From positions 480,001-544,000 of the forward strand of contig OY970320.1 in the NCBI GenBank assembly GCA_963716745.1: 64,000 nt of DNA, given 5' to 3'. The position numbers were made by a program, and so were the translations under genes. Shown here piece after piece: positions 10,767-21,062 of this stretch (position 1 is its first letter; every line of letters starts with the position of its first letter). The DNA is from an uncultured Gemmatimonadaceae bacterium (GTDB taxonomy: Bacteria; Gemmatimonadota; Gemmatimonadetes; Gemmatimonadales; Gemmatimonadaceae). The notes beneath the pieces are model-generated. The model did no database searches. It worked only from the letters and a program-made list of their open reading frames with translations, and was not told the origin of the DNA.

Positions 10767-11630
10767 TCAACGATTCCCGACTCCCAACTCCCGAGTAGTC
10801 GCCCGCACCACGTGGCCGCCGCGGTCGCTCGACGGCGCCTCGCGCTCCGGGAAGAAGCGATCTCGCATCTTCATGGGGCCCAGGTCGTCGATCGCGAGGA
10901 ATCCCATTGCGCGCAGCTTTGCGTGCAGCGCGTTCGTCTCGAAGTAGCTCTTGAGACTCTCGCCCAGCGCGGCGACTCTCGCCGCGAGCGCTTCGTGACG
11001 CGCCGCGTACTCGGTGCCCGCTTCGCCGGGCGGATTGCCATAGTCGAACACGACCTCGGCGCCGCCGGGCAGCGACGCAATGTACTTCAGCGTCGTGTCG
11101 ACGGCGGCCTCGGTGAGGTACGGCACGACACCGAGCCACGTGAAGAAAGCGGGCCGCGCCCGATCGAAGCCATGAGCGGCCAGCGCGTCGCCCAGTGTCT
11201 CCCGCTCGAAATCGATCGGCACGAAAGTGAGAGACGACGGGATCGCGATCCCGGCCGCGGCGAGTTGCTCGCGCTTCCACTGCTGCGTGGCCGCGTAGTC
11301 CACCTCGAATACGCGCATCGGCGAACCGGCGGGCGCCCGGTACGCGTACGTATCGAGGCCGGCGCCAAGCACCACGAGCTGCCGCACGCCGCGCGCGATC
11401 GCGGCCGCGAGCGCATCCTCCGCGAAGCGCGTGCGGATGGCGATGTAGGTGCGCATGCCGCGCCGCTCGGGCTCGTCCCTCGCCTTTTGGATGAGAGCGT
11501 CGGCGTATTGGCCGAGGATCCGCACGGCGAGCGGATCGGAGAAGATCCGGCCGCCCTCGAGCACCTGATGCGCGGCGCGATGCCCCGCGGCGCCGAGCGC
11601 GGTGCGGCTCGCCTGCCCGGGCTCGACCAC
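10767..11630 (-). CDS. SAM-dependent methyltransferase (LCM / O-methyltransferase family)
   Basis: SRTALGAA..RA, IRTRFAED, QLVVLGAGLDT, WLGVVPYL; GTG start overlaps the cmk stop. Confidence 0.88.
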   Translation of the reverse strand: MVEPGQASRTALGAAGHRAAHQVLEGGRIFSDPLAVRILGQYADALIQKARDEPERRGMRTYIAIRTRFAEDALAAAIARGVRQLVVLGAGLDTYAYRAPAGSPMRVFEVDYAATQQWKREQLAAAGIAIPSSLTFVPIDFERETLGDALAAHGFDRARPAFFTWLGVVPYLTEAAVDTTLKYIASLPGGAEVVFDYGNPPGEAGTEYAARHEALAARVAALGESLKSYFETNALHAKLRAMGFLAIDDLGPMKMRDRFFPEREAPSSDRGGHVVRATTRELGVGNR

Positions 11631-12337
11631 TAGCGCCCGCGCACGGCCCGCGCGAAGGCCACGATGCGCGAGACCTGTTCCTCCTGCGTGAGGTACGTCG
11701 TGTCGATCATCATCGCTTTCGCCGCCGGCACGGACTGTGCGGCGTCGCGCGCGTCGCGCTGCACGAGCCGCTCGGTCTCCTCCGCGATCTCGGCGTCGTG
11801 CGGCGCGCGGCGCAGGCGCTGCATGAGGCGGCGCCGCGCGCGCTCCCACGGATCGGCGACGAGGTAGATCTTCGCGTCGGCATTCGGAAAGACCGTCGTG
11901 CCGATGTCGCGTCCGTCCACGACCACGTCACGTTCGTCCGCGGCGTCGCGCACGCGCGCGTTCACCCAGTCGCGCACGCGCATCATGCGCGCCACTTCGG
12001 ACACGTGCTGCGTCACGCCCGCTCCGCGGATCGCCTCCTCCATCGAGTGCCCGTCGCGCACCGGCACGTACGAACGGCCGGCCGGCGCGAGCGTGATCCC
12101 GGCCGCCGCGCGCAGCACATCGTTCTCGGTGAGCGGCGCACCGGGCGCGGCCTCGAGCGCCGCGGCGGTCGCGGCGCGGTAGAGCGAGCCCGAATCGATG
12201 TGGAGGAAGCCGAGCTCGTTCGCGACCCACTGCGCGGTGGAACTCTTTCCCGACGCGGCAGGTCCGTCGATCGCGACGACGAACGGCGCACCGGGCGCGC
12301 GCACGCGCGGCGAGAACGGCGGCGTGGGCGACGTCAT
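11630..12337 (-). CDS. cmk: Cytidylate kinase
   Basis: AIDGPAASGKSS, DSGSLYR, VDGRDIGTTVFP. Confidence 0.96.
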   Translation of the reverse strand: MTSPTPPFSPRVRAPGAPFVVAIDGPAASGKSSTAQWVANELGFLHIDSGSLYRAATAAALEAAPGAPLTENDVLRAAAGITLAPAGRSYVPVRDGHSMEEAIRGAGVTQHVSEVARMMRVRDWVNARVRDAADERDVVVDGRDIGTTVFPNADAKIYLVADPWERARRRLMQRLRRAPHDAEIAEETERLVQRDARDAAQSVPAAKAMMIDTTYLTQEEQVSRIVAFARAVRGR

Positions 12338-13593
12338 GCGGTGATCGCCGCGCGCATGTCTTCCCAGAACGACGGGTACGAGACGGCCACGCAGTCGCGG
12401 TCATCGATCGTGATCGTGCTCTCGGGCAGCGCGGCGAGCACGCCGAACGCCATTGCGATGCGATGATCGCCGTGCGTGATCACGGCGCCGGAGAGCGGCG
12501 CGCCGGAGCCAGTCACGGTCATCCCATCCGGCCGCTCCTCTGCCGCAATGCCGATCGCGCGCAGGTTCGAGACGACGGCGCTGATCCGGTCGCTCTCCTT
12601 CGCGCGCAACTCCGCGGCGCCGGTGATCACGGTCACGCCGCTCGCGCGCGCGGCCACGCAGGCGAGGAGCGGCAGCTCGTCGATCATACACGGCACCGTG
12701 TCGCCGCCCACTTCCACCGCGTGCAGTCCCGACGGCCACGCGAAGATGGACCCGATGTCCTCCCCGCCCTGCGGCGCGCTCACGTGGAAATCGATGTGCG
12801 CGCCCATTTGCTGCAGCGCCCGGTAGAATCCGATGCGCGTGGGATTGAGGCACACGTCGGCGACCGAGAGCGCGCCGCCGCCGGCGAGCACGGCGAGCGC
12901 CGTCATGTACGCGGCCGACGATGGATCGCCCGGCACGCGGAGATCGAACGGCGCGAGCCGAGCCACGGGCTCGAGGCGCACGACATCGCCCACGACATCC
13001 ACGTCCACGCCCGTGGCGCGCAGCAATCGCTCGGTGTGGTCGCGCGAACGGCCGGGCTCGCGCAGCACCACCGGCACGCCGGCCACGAGACCCGCGAGCA
13101 GCACCGCGCTCTTCGCCTGCGCGCTCGCGGTCTCGGTCTCCCACTTGAGCGCTCTGAGCGCGCCGCCCTGCACGGTCATTGGGAGATGCTCGCCGTCCTC
13201 GAACGTCACGCGCGCGCCCATCGCTTCGAGCGGCCGCGCGACGCGCGCCATTGGACGGCGGCTCAGGCTCTCGTCGCCGGTGAATCGCGCACGGAACGAT
13301 TGGCCGGCCACGACGCCCGCCATCAGTCGCGCGGTGGTGCCGCTGTTCCCGCAATCGAGATCGCGCGCCGGCGCCGTGAGCCCGCGGCGCCCTCGCCCCA
13401 CGATCGCGATGTCCGCGCCGAGCGGCGGCACCGCCACGCCGAGCGAGCGCAGAACGCTCGCCGTGCTCTCGATGTCGGCGCTCTCGAGAATGCCGTGGAT
13501 GTGCGACTCGCCATCGGCGAGCGCGGCGAGGATGAGCGCGCGATGCGAGATGGACTTGTCGCCGGGCACGTGCACGATGCCGCCGACGATCAT
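12334..13593 (-). CDS. aroA: EPSP synthase
   Basis: VPGDKSISHR, DCGNSGTT, ELRAKESDR, DHRIAM. Confidence 0.96.
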   Translation of the reverse strand: MIVGGIVHVPGDKSISHRALILAALADGESHIHGILESADIESTASVLRSLGVAVPPLGADIAIVGRGRRGLTAPARDLDCGNSGTTARLMAGVVAGQSFRARFTGDESLSRRPMARVARPLEAMGARVTFEDGEHLPMTVQGGALRALKWETETASAQAKSAVLLAGLVAGVPVVLREPGRSRDHTERLLRATGVDVDVVGDVVRLEPVARLAPFDLRVPGDPSSAAYMTALAVLAGGGALSVADVCLNPTRIGFYRALQQMGAHIDFHVSAPQGGEDIGSIFAWPSGLHAVEVGGDTVPCMIDELPLLACVAARASGVTVITGAAELRAKESDRISAVVSNLRAIGIAAEERPDGMTVTGSGAPLSGAVITHGDHRIAMAFGVLAALPESTITIDDRDCVAVSYPSFWEDMRAAITA

Positions 13594-14437
13594 GCGCCGC
13601 CTCCGGCGCGCCGGCGCCAGTCGCGCGCCGGCCTCCCAGAGTCGCCGCGATGCTTGCCGCATCGTGCGCGCGCAGCGCGCGCGCGGAGCTCGCCGAATCG
13701 CGCGATCCGAGCCCGCGAGCGCGCAGATCGAGATCCGCCGGCGCGACGGCGAGCAGCGGCGCCCACATCTCGAGCGGGCTCTCGGCAAGTCGCGCCGTGT
13801 CGCGCGCGCCGGGGCCCGCGGCCGACGGCTCGATGCCGCGCGCGTCCAGCGATCCCGCGAGCGCGGTCGGCGACGAGCTGCGGCAGATGGCTCACCCACG
13901 CCATGAGCCGGTCGTGCTCGTCGGCGGAGCGATAGTCGAAGCGCGCGGCGCCGGCGGCACGCCAGAGCGACTCGGCGGCGGCCCGCACGCGCTCGCTCGC
14001 GCGCGTCTCGATGCTCACCGCACAGCCCTTGAAGAGGTCGGCGCGCGACGCCGCGAATCCGCTGAGGTGCGAACCCGCGAGCGGATGCGTGCCGATCACG
14101 CGCAGGTTGAGCGACGGTGCGACTTTGAGTTCGAGCGCTTTGGAGCGCTGCAGACTGCCGGTGTGCAGCACCACCGCCTGCGGCGCGAGCACCATCGCGT
14201 CGGCCGCGATCGACGCCGATCTTGAGCTAACGGCACGGCGACCACGACCATCGACGCGCCTTGCAGCGCCGCGCGCAGGTCCGCGCTCACGGGGATACCG
14301 GCGGCGACTGCGAGATCGCGATCGGCGGCGGACTCACTCCACGCACGCACCGGTGTGCCCTGCGCCGTGAGTGCGCGCGCGAGCGAGCCGCCGATGCAGC
14401 CCAGTCCGACGATGGCGACCGGACCGGCGGACGTCAT
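13590..14437 (-). CDS. tyrA: Prephenate/arogenate dehydrogenase (several apparent frameshifts)
   Basis: VAIVGLGCIGGSLA Rossmann motif in one frame, GTHPLAGS and EHDRLMAWVSHLPQL in another. Confidence 0.8.
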
Positions 14438-15280
14438 CGCAGCGCGCTCTCCAGCGCGGTGCCCGCGTTGGTGGACTCGTCGCGGTACTTCACGATCACC
14501 GGCGTCGCGAGCGAAAGGCCCTGGATCTGCTCCCCACCCTTGCCCGATGCGTCGCGCGCCGGGGACGACCACTGCACCCTCGGGGATCTCGAGCGGCCCG
14601 TCGCCCGCGCGGTAGATCTTCTCGTGCACGAGATCGTACACGGGCGTGCCGCGCGTGAGCAGCACGCCGGGCGCGAGCACCGCGCGGCGCCGCACCACCG
14701 TGCCCTCGTACACGCCGCAATTCCCGCCGATGAACGCGTCGTCTTCCACGACCACCGGCGCCGCATTCACCGGCTCGAGCACGCCGCCGATCTGCGCTGC
14801 CGCGCTCAAGTGCACGCGCTCGCCGATCTGCGCGCACGATCCCACGAGCGCATGCGAATCCACCATCGTGCCGGCGCCCACCCACGCGCCCGCGTTGATG
14901 TACATCGGCGGCATGCACACCACGCCGCGCGCGAGATGCGCGCCGCGCCGCACCGTGGAGCCGCCGGGCACGATGCGCACGCCATTCTCCAGCGGGATGT
15001 CCTGCGTCGGCAGCGTGTGCTTGTCGTAGAACTGGAAGGGCGAGCCCTCGATGGGCGACATATCGACGACGTCCCCCAACTTGAACGCGAGCAGGATCCC
15101 CTGCTTCACCCACGCGACGGCGTGCCACACGCCGTCGCGGTCGCGCTCGGCGGCGCGCACCTCGCCCCGCTCGAGTGCATCGAGCAGTTCGTCGATGGTG
15201 CGTTCCGCCTCGGCGGGCGGATGGTCGCCCGCGGCGACGATCGCCGTGATCGCGGCCTCGAGTTCCGGAGATCCGCTCAC
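14434..15280 (-). CDS. dapD: Tetrahydrodipicolinate N-succinyltransferase (frameshift near 14530)
   Basis: WVKQGILLAF, GTMVDSHALVGSCAQIG, IGGVLEP; C-terminus VIVKYRDE lies in the adjacent frame. Confidence 0.9.
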
Positions 15281-16169
15281 GAGAGCGCTCCCGCCGTCAC
15301 GAGGGCCGCGCGCACCGCCGGCTCGTTCGACGCGAGCATCGGAACGAGAGGCAGCCGCACGATGTTCTGGAGTCGGCCCATCATCGCGAGCCCCGCCTTC
15401 ACTGGCAGCGGATTCGATTCCACGAACGCCGCGTGCATCCACGGCAGCAGCTTCTCGTGCGCCGCGCGCGCGGCGGCGTAATCGCCATCGCGCGCGTGCT
15501 CCACGAGCTGCGCCATCAATTTCGGCGTCGCGTTCGAGATCACCGAGATGATCCCATCGCCGCCGGCGGCCATCACGCGAGCGTGAGGCCATCGTCGCCC
15601 GAGAGCACGGAGAAATCGGCCGGGCGATCGCGCAGGATATCCTGGATCTGCCCGAGATTGCCGGACGCTTCCTTCACCGCGACGATGTGCGGGATCGCGG
15701 CGAGGGCGAGCGTGGTCTTCGCTTCGATGTTGCTCCCCGTGCGCCCGGGCACGTTGTAGACGATCACCGGGAGATCGGTCGCGCCGGCGATCGCCTTGTA
15801 GTGCTCGATGATCCCGCGCTGCGGCGGTTTGTTGTACATCGGGCTCACGTGCAACAGGTGCGTCGCGCCCGCCGCCTTCATCTCCTTCGACATCGCGATG
15901 GCGCGCTTCGTGTCATTGGCACCGGCGCCCGCCATGATCGGCACGCGGCCGCGCGCCTGCTCCACCGTGATCTCCACCACGCGCCGATGCTCGGCGGGTG
16001 TCATCGTCGCCGCCTCGCCCGTCGAGCCGCACGGCACGAGGAAATGGATCCCCTCGGCGATCTGCCAATCGACGAGCGCGCGCAGTGCCGCTTCGTCCAC
16101 CGCGCCATCCGCGCGGAACGGCGTAACGAGCGCCGTGCCGCAACCGAAGAGACGTTTGCCGGTCGTCAT
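15277..16169 (-). CDS. dapA: 4-hydroxy-tetrahydrodipicolinate synthase (frameshift near 15576)
   Basis: GSTGE, YNVPGRTG, KEASG, SNPLPVK split over two ORFs. Confidence 0.92.
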
Positions 16170-16855
16170 CGTTCCGCTCCCATGAGATCGCGCATGGTGA
16201 ACACGCCGTGCCGGCCCACGAGCCACGCCGCCGCGGTGAGCGCGCCCTCCGCGAAGACGCGGCGATCCCGCGCGACGTGCGTCAAGTGGATCTCCTCATG
16301 TTCGCCGTCGAACGTCAACTCGTGAACGCCCGTCACCGTTCCCGTGCGCACGCTCTCGATCGGTATCTCGCCGCCGAGCGCGGCGCCGACGGCGCGCGCG
16401 AGCGCCTTGGCCGTTCCGGAGGGCGCATCGACCTTGGACGTGTGGTGCGTCTCCACGATGCGCGCGCCGAATCCGTGCGCGCGGCTCGCGAGCTGCGCGA
16501 GGCGCTCCGCGACCTCGAGATAGATCGCGACGCCGAGCGCGAAGTTCGGCGACGCGAGCATCGCGCCATTCGCCGACCGCACCTCGCGCTCCACGCGCTC
16601 CCGCTCCGCGTCCCAACCGGTGGTGCCCACGACCACGGGCACGCCCGCGCGGGCGCACGCGATCGCGTTCGCCGGCGCCGCCGCCGGTGTCGTGAATTCG
16701 ATCGCGACATCGGCGCCGCCAAGACTCTCGCGCGTGATGGCCGCGTGCACGCGGCCGAGCACGGCCACCACCGGCCAGCCGCGCGCGGCGGCCGCCTCGT
16801 TCACGGCGCGCCCCATCTTGCCGTCGCCGATGATCGCCACCCTCGGCGCGGTCAC
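16166..16855 (-). CDS. dapB: 4-hydroxy-tetrahydrodipicolinate reductase
   Basis: GDGKMG, VVGTTG, ETHHTSKVDAPSGTA. Confidence 0.93.
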   Translation of the reverse strand: MTAPRVAIIGDGKMGRAVNEAAAARGWPVVAVLGRVHAAITRESLGGADVAIEFTTPAAAPANAIACARAGVPVVVGTTGWDAERERVEREVRSANGAMLASPNFALGVAIYLEVAERLAQLASRAHGFGARIVETHHTSKVDAPSGTAKALARAVGAALGGEIPIESVRTGTVTGVHELTFDGEHEEIHLTHVARDRRVFAEGALTAAAWLVGRHGVFTMRDLMGAER

Positions 16856-18210
16856 GCGCCCTTCTCCGCGCCGAAGAATTCCGCGTGCAGCGCGCGCATC
16901 GCGTTCTCCATCGCGGCGGCGTCCACCACGAGCGTGAGATTGATCCCCGTGGCGCTCAGCGAGATCATGTGCACCGCCGTGCCGCCGAGCGCCCCGAGCG
17001 CGCGCGCCATGGTCGTCGCGCCGTCGCCCATCCCCGCGCCCACGATCGCGACGATCGCGCGCGAGCGCTCGAGCGCCACGTCGCCGAGCGCGCGCAGCTC
17101 CACGAGGATCTCGTCGAGGCGCGAGGCGTCGTCCGTGGTCACCGACACCGAGACCTCGGACGTCGCGACGACATCCACCGCCGTGCGATGCCGCTCGAAC
17201 ACTTCGAAGATGGTGCGCACGACGCCCGTGGCGAAGAGCATGCGCGGCGTGCGCACCTTGATGATCGACACGCCCGGCTTGCCGGCGATGGCCGTCACCG
17301 CGCGCCGCGGCGCCTCGGCGGTGATGCGCGTGCCCTTCCCCTCGGGGCGACGCGCGTTCAGCACGAACACGGGGATGCCGCGCTGCACGGCGGGTGCGAT
17401 CGTGCTCGGGTGCAGCACCTTCGCGCCGAACGCGGCGAGCTCGGCCGCCTCGTCGAAACGGATCTCTTCGATGAGCCGCGCGCCGCGCACCACGCGAGGG
17501 TCGGCGCTCAGCATGCCGTCTACATCGGTCCAGATCTCGATCGCGTCGGCGCCGATCGCGGCGCCGAGGAGCGCCGCGGTGTAGTCGCCGCCGCCGCGCC
17601 CGATCGTCGTGGTCACACCGGCGGGGCTGCGGCCGATGAAGCCGCCGAGCACCGGGATGCGCGACTCCCGCACGACCGGCAGGATCACATCGCGCGCCTG
17701 GCGCGCGATATCGTCCACTCGCGGCACCGCGCGCGTATGATGGTCGTCCGTCGCCATCACCGTGCGCGCGTCCACGAGATCGGCGGCGAGTCCGCGCTCG
17801 CGGAACGCCGCGTGCACGAGCGTGCTGCTGAGCAATTCGCCCTGCGCCGCGATGGCGTCGAGACTCCGCGGCGTGAGGTCACCGAGCACGCTCAGCGCCT
17901 CCGCGAGATGCGCGACTTCGTCGCACATGGCGCTCAGTTCCGCGCCGGTCTCGCGCGCGGACGCCTTACCGAGAAGCGCCTCGCATTCGTGCAGATGTCG
18001 CGCGCGCAACTCCTCGACGCCGGACAGCGCGACGATGAGCTGGCCGCGCGCCGCCTGCTCCGCGATCGCGAGGAGCGCGTTGGTCGTGCCGCCGAGCGCG
18101 GAGACGACGACCACCGGCGCGCGACTGGCGCGGGACCGCGTGATCGCGGCGGCGCGATCGATGGCCGACGCATCCTGTACCGACGTGCCGCCGAACTTGA
18201 GGACGATCAC
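16852..18210 (-). CDS. lysC: Aspartate kinase
   Basis: LKFGGTSV, GRGGGDYTA, WTDVDG, ACT domains. Confidence 0.94.
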   Translation of the reverse strand: MIVLKFGGTSVQDASAIDRAAAITRSRASRAPVVVVSALGGTTNALLAIAEQAARGQLIVALSGVEELRARHLHECEALLGKASARETGAELSAMCDEVAHLAEALSVLGDLTPRSLDAIAAQGELLSSTLVHAAFRERGLAADLVDARTVMATDDHHTRAVPRVDDIARQARDVILPVVRESRIPVLGGFIGRSPAGVTTTIGRGGGDYTAALLGAAIGADAIEIWTDVDGMLSADPRVVRGARLIEEIRFDEAAELAAFGAKVLHPSTIAPAVQRGIPVFVLNARRPEGKGTRITAEAPRRAVTAIAGKPGVSIIKVRTPRMLFATGVVRTIFEVFERHRTAVDVVATSEVSVSVTTDDASRLDEILVELRALGDVALERSRAIVAIVGAGMGDGATTMARALGALGGTAVHMISLSATGINLTLVVDAAAMENAMRALHAEFFGAEKGA

Positions 18211-19276
18211 GCGCGCACGATCCCGCGCGCCACGGCAAGCTCGGCGTTCAGCACCGAGGCGCCCGCCGCGCCGCGCTGGATGTTGTGGCCGAGCGCAACG
18301 AGCCGCAGGTCGAGTATCGGATCGCGGCGCACGCGGCCCACGGTGACCGTCATGCCATTGCCCGCGTTCACATCGTGCTTGTGTTGGGGACGCGCATCGT
18401 CGCGCGTAACAACGACCGGTCGCGCCGGCGAACTCGGCAGGCCGAGCGAATGCACTTCGCCCTTCCACTGCTCGAGCGCAGCGATCGCGTCGTCCGCGGA
18501 GCGCACGCTTGGCGAGCTTCACCGCGAGCACCGTCATGTGACCGTGCTCGACGGGCACGCGCGTGACCTGCGCGCTCATGGCGATCGGTGCCGCGGCGAC
18601 CGTGCCATTCGCGAAGTTCCCGAGCATCTTCGGCGTCTCCGACTCGATCTTCTCTTCTTCGCCGCCGCCGATGAACGGGATGACGTTGCCGAGGATGTCG
18701 AGCGAGGGAACGCCCGGATATCCCGCGCCCGACACCGCCTGCAGCGTGGTGACGAAGCACTGCGTGACGCCGAACGCGCGATGCAACGGTGCGAGCGCCA
18801 TCGCGACCACGGAGGCCGCGCAATTCGGATTCGTGATGATCGCGCCGCTCCACTTCCGTTGTTTCCGCTGCGCGTCGAGCAGGCCCAAGTGGTCGGGGTT
18901 GATCTCCGGAATGAGCAACGGCACATCCGGCTCCATGCGGAAATTGCGCGCATTGCTCAGCACCACCCGGCCCGCGCGGGCGAAGGCCGATTCCACATCG
19001 CCGGCGATGGTCGAGTCCAGCGCCGAGAACACGAGCGGCGCGCGCACGACCGCCGGATCGCACGCGAGCACCTCGAGCCGCGCGGCGTTCGCGCGGGAGT
19101 TCGCCGGCCAGCCAGCGAGCGGCCGCGCCGTACGGCTTGCCCGACGACCGCTCGGACGCGGCGAGTTCCGCGAGCTCGAACCACGGATGCGCCGCGAGCA
19201 GCCGCACGAAGGCTTGCCCCACCGCGCCCGTCGCGCCGAGCACGGCCACGGGGATCTTGCGGGCGGGCGCGTTCAC
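18207..19276 (-). CDS. asd: Aspartate-semialdehyde dehydrogenase (frameshifts near 19085 and 18505)
   Basis: [31 protein letters not shown] across three frames. Confidence 0.9.
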
Positions 19277-20268
19277 GGGGCGAGCAGGGTGCGCACGATC
19301 TTCACGTACGCATCCACCGCGGCGCGCAATTCACGCACGTCGATGAATTCGTCCGGCGTATGCGCCACATGGATCGAGCCGGGACCGAACATCAGCGGCG
19401 TTCCCCACCGCCCGAGCAGCGGGATGTCGCTCGTATACGCGACCGGCGCCGAGGGGAAATCCGGGATCGTGTGGAATTTCTGCGCGGGAATGAACGAGCC
19501 GTACTCGATCTCGGCCTTTCCCGCGGCCCATTCCTCGAGTTTGCGTTTCACGTCGTGCACGTCGCCCACGAGGCGGAACATGAGCTCCACTTCGGCGCGA
19601 TCGGGGATGATGTTCGCCTCGGTGCCGCCGTGGATCGTGCCGATGTTCACCGTCGTCGCGCCGAGCACGCTGTCGGTGGGCAGATCGATGCGCTTGAGCG
19701 TGGGCAGCAGATCGAGCATCGGCTCGATCGCCGACTGTCCGAGCTCCGGATACGCCGAGTGCGCGGCGCGGCCCTTCGTGCGGAGCGTCGCGCGCAGCGA
19801 ACCTTTCGCGCCGCTCGCGAGCCGGCTCTCGGTGGGCTCGCCGTTCACGAGGAAGCGGCTCGTGGCGGGCAAGTGATTCGCCGCGCGCGCGCCGTCCGAT
19901 CCCTTCTCCTCGCCCACGACGAGCAGAAGGTCCACGCGCTCTTCGCCCTCGGTGGCGAGGCGGTCGGCCGCGGCCAACATTGCGGCGGCGATCCCTTTCG
20001 CGTCGCACGCGCCGCGACCCTTGAGCTGATTGCCGTCGAGCACCGGGCGAATGAAGGGCGGCACGGTGTCGAGGTGCGTGGAGAGCGCGACGCCGCCGCC
20101 ACTACGCGTCGCCCACACGTTGCCGCGTCCCTTCGAGACCTCCTGCACGTGCACATTCCACCCGCGAGCGACGAGCCAGCGCGTCACGAAATCGACGGCG
20201 GGACCCTCGGCGCCGGTGGGCGACTCGAGCGCGATCAGCTCGGCGGCGAGCGCGACGACATCGGTCAT
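19273..20268 (-). CDS. M20 family deacylase (DapE/ArgE-like)
   Basis: [29 protein letters not shown]; first gene of the dap cluster. Confidence 0.85.
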   Translation of the reverse strand: MTDVVALAAELIALESPTGAEGPAVDFVTRWLVARGWNVHVQEVSKGRGNVWATRSGGGVALSTHLDTVPPFIRPVLDGNQLKGRGACDAKGIAAAMLAAADRLATEGEERVDLLLVVGEEKGSDGARAANHLPATSRFLVNGEPTESRLASGAKGSLRATLRTKGRAAHSAYPELGQSAIEPMLDLLPTLKRIDLPTDSVLGATTVNIGTIHGGTEANIIPDRAEVELMFRLVGDVHDVKRKLEEWAAGKAEIEYGSFIPAQKFHTIPDFPSAPVAYTSDIPLLGRWGTPLMFGPGSIHVAHTPDEFIDVRELRAAVDAYVKIVRTLLAP

Positions 20269-20316
20269 GGGAGGGAAAGCTACTTCGAAGGCACAGGGCG
20301 CGCCTCTCCCGGCATG

Positions 20317-20937
20317 CTACTCCGGCGGCGCCGCCAGCGGCCAATATCCCCGCACACCGCGCACGAGCATGGACGCGCCGCCCCAACTCATGGTGCCCAG
20401 GAGTACTCCGAGAATGGCGCTCATCATCACTACGGTGACCACGCTGATCCACGCGAGGAAGCCGGGCGATTGGACCATCGCCATCGACTGCTCCTGCACG
20501 GCCTGTTGCGCCGCGCGCGAGGCGGAGTCGGTCGGCTGCAGCCGCTGCAGCGCCGGCGGCAGGACGGGCGGCGGCGAGCGCTTCTGTTGTGCGCGCACGC
20601 TGTCCATCACCTGGGAGAGATAGCCCGGCGGAAGCTTGGAAAAGCCGTATCCGAATAGCACGGCGCCCGCTGCGGCGCACATCATGCACGCGGCAAGCCA
20701 GGCGGCGGCGCGCGAGGCCCTCCGTCCACGCCGGGTCTGCACGGCAACGAGCACGAGGACCCCGAGGAATCCCGCGAGCCCGAGCCCGCGCGAATAGCGG
20801 ATCGTGATGTAAGTGAGTACCACGCCCCCCAGTAGCGCGAGCACGCGTGAGAACGTCCAGGCCGCGGACGATGCGGCGACGGGCCGTGGCGGGAACGGTG
20901 CCGGATTGCGCGTGGGCTCAGGCGGGATGATGTTCAT
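20317..20937 (-). CDS. Hypothetical membrane protein
   Basis: Several hydrophobic helices. Confidence 0.65.
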   Translation of the reverse strand: MNIIPPEPTRNPAPFPPRPVAASSAAWTFSRVLALLGGVVLTYITIRYSRGLGLAGFLGVLVLVAVQTRRGRRASRAAAWLAACMMCAAAGAVLFGYGFSKLPPGYLSQVMDSVRAQQKRSPPPVLPPALQRLQPTDSASRAAQQAVQEQSMAMVQSPGFLAWISVVTVVMMSAILGVLLGTMSWGGASMLVRGVRGYWPLAAPPE

Positions 20938-21062
20938 GCCCGCAAGACGACCATTGGCCCCCGTCCGGAACTCGGCGCCCGAGCAACGCTCTCGCGGCCC
21001 GGCGCGTATTCCTGTGTTCCCGGCAAGAATCCCCCGTTCCACTCTGGAGCAGCGCCACTCTC

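Noticed and set aside
16852..19071. Apparent 739-aa Asd-aspartate kinase fusion ORF
   Set aside because: Artefact of an indel near 18505; the true Asd C-terminus and stop lie in ORF 18207..18506, and lysC has its own GTG start
16885..20658. Very long antisense ORFs (for example 1257 aa here, 565 aa opposite rpsA)
   Set aside because: Shadow ORFs typical of high-GC DNA opposite well-recognised genes; Arg/Ala-rich with no motifs
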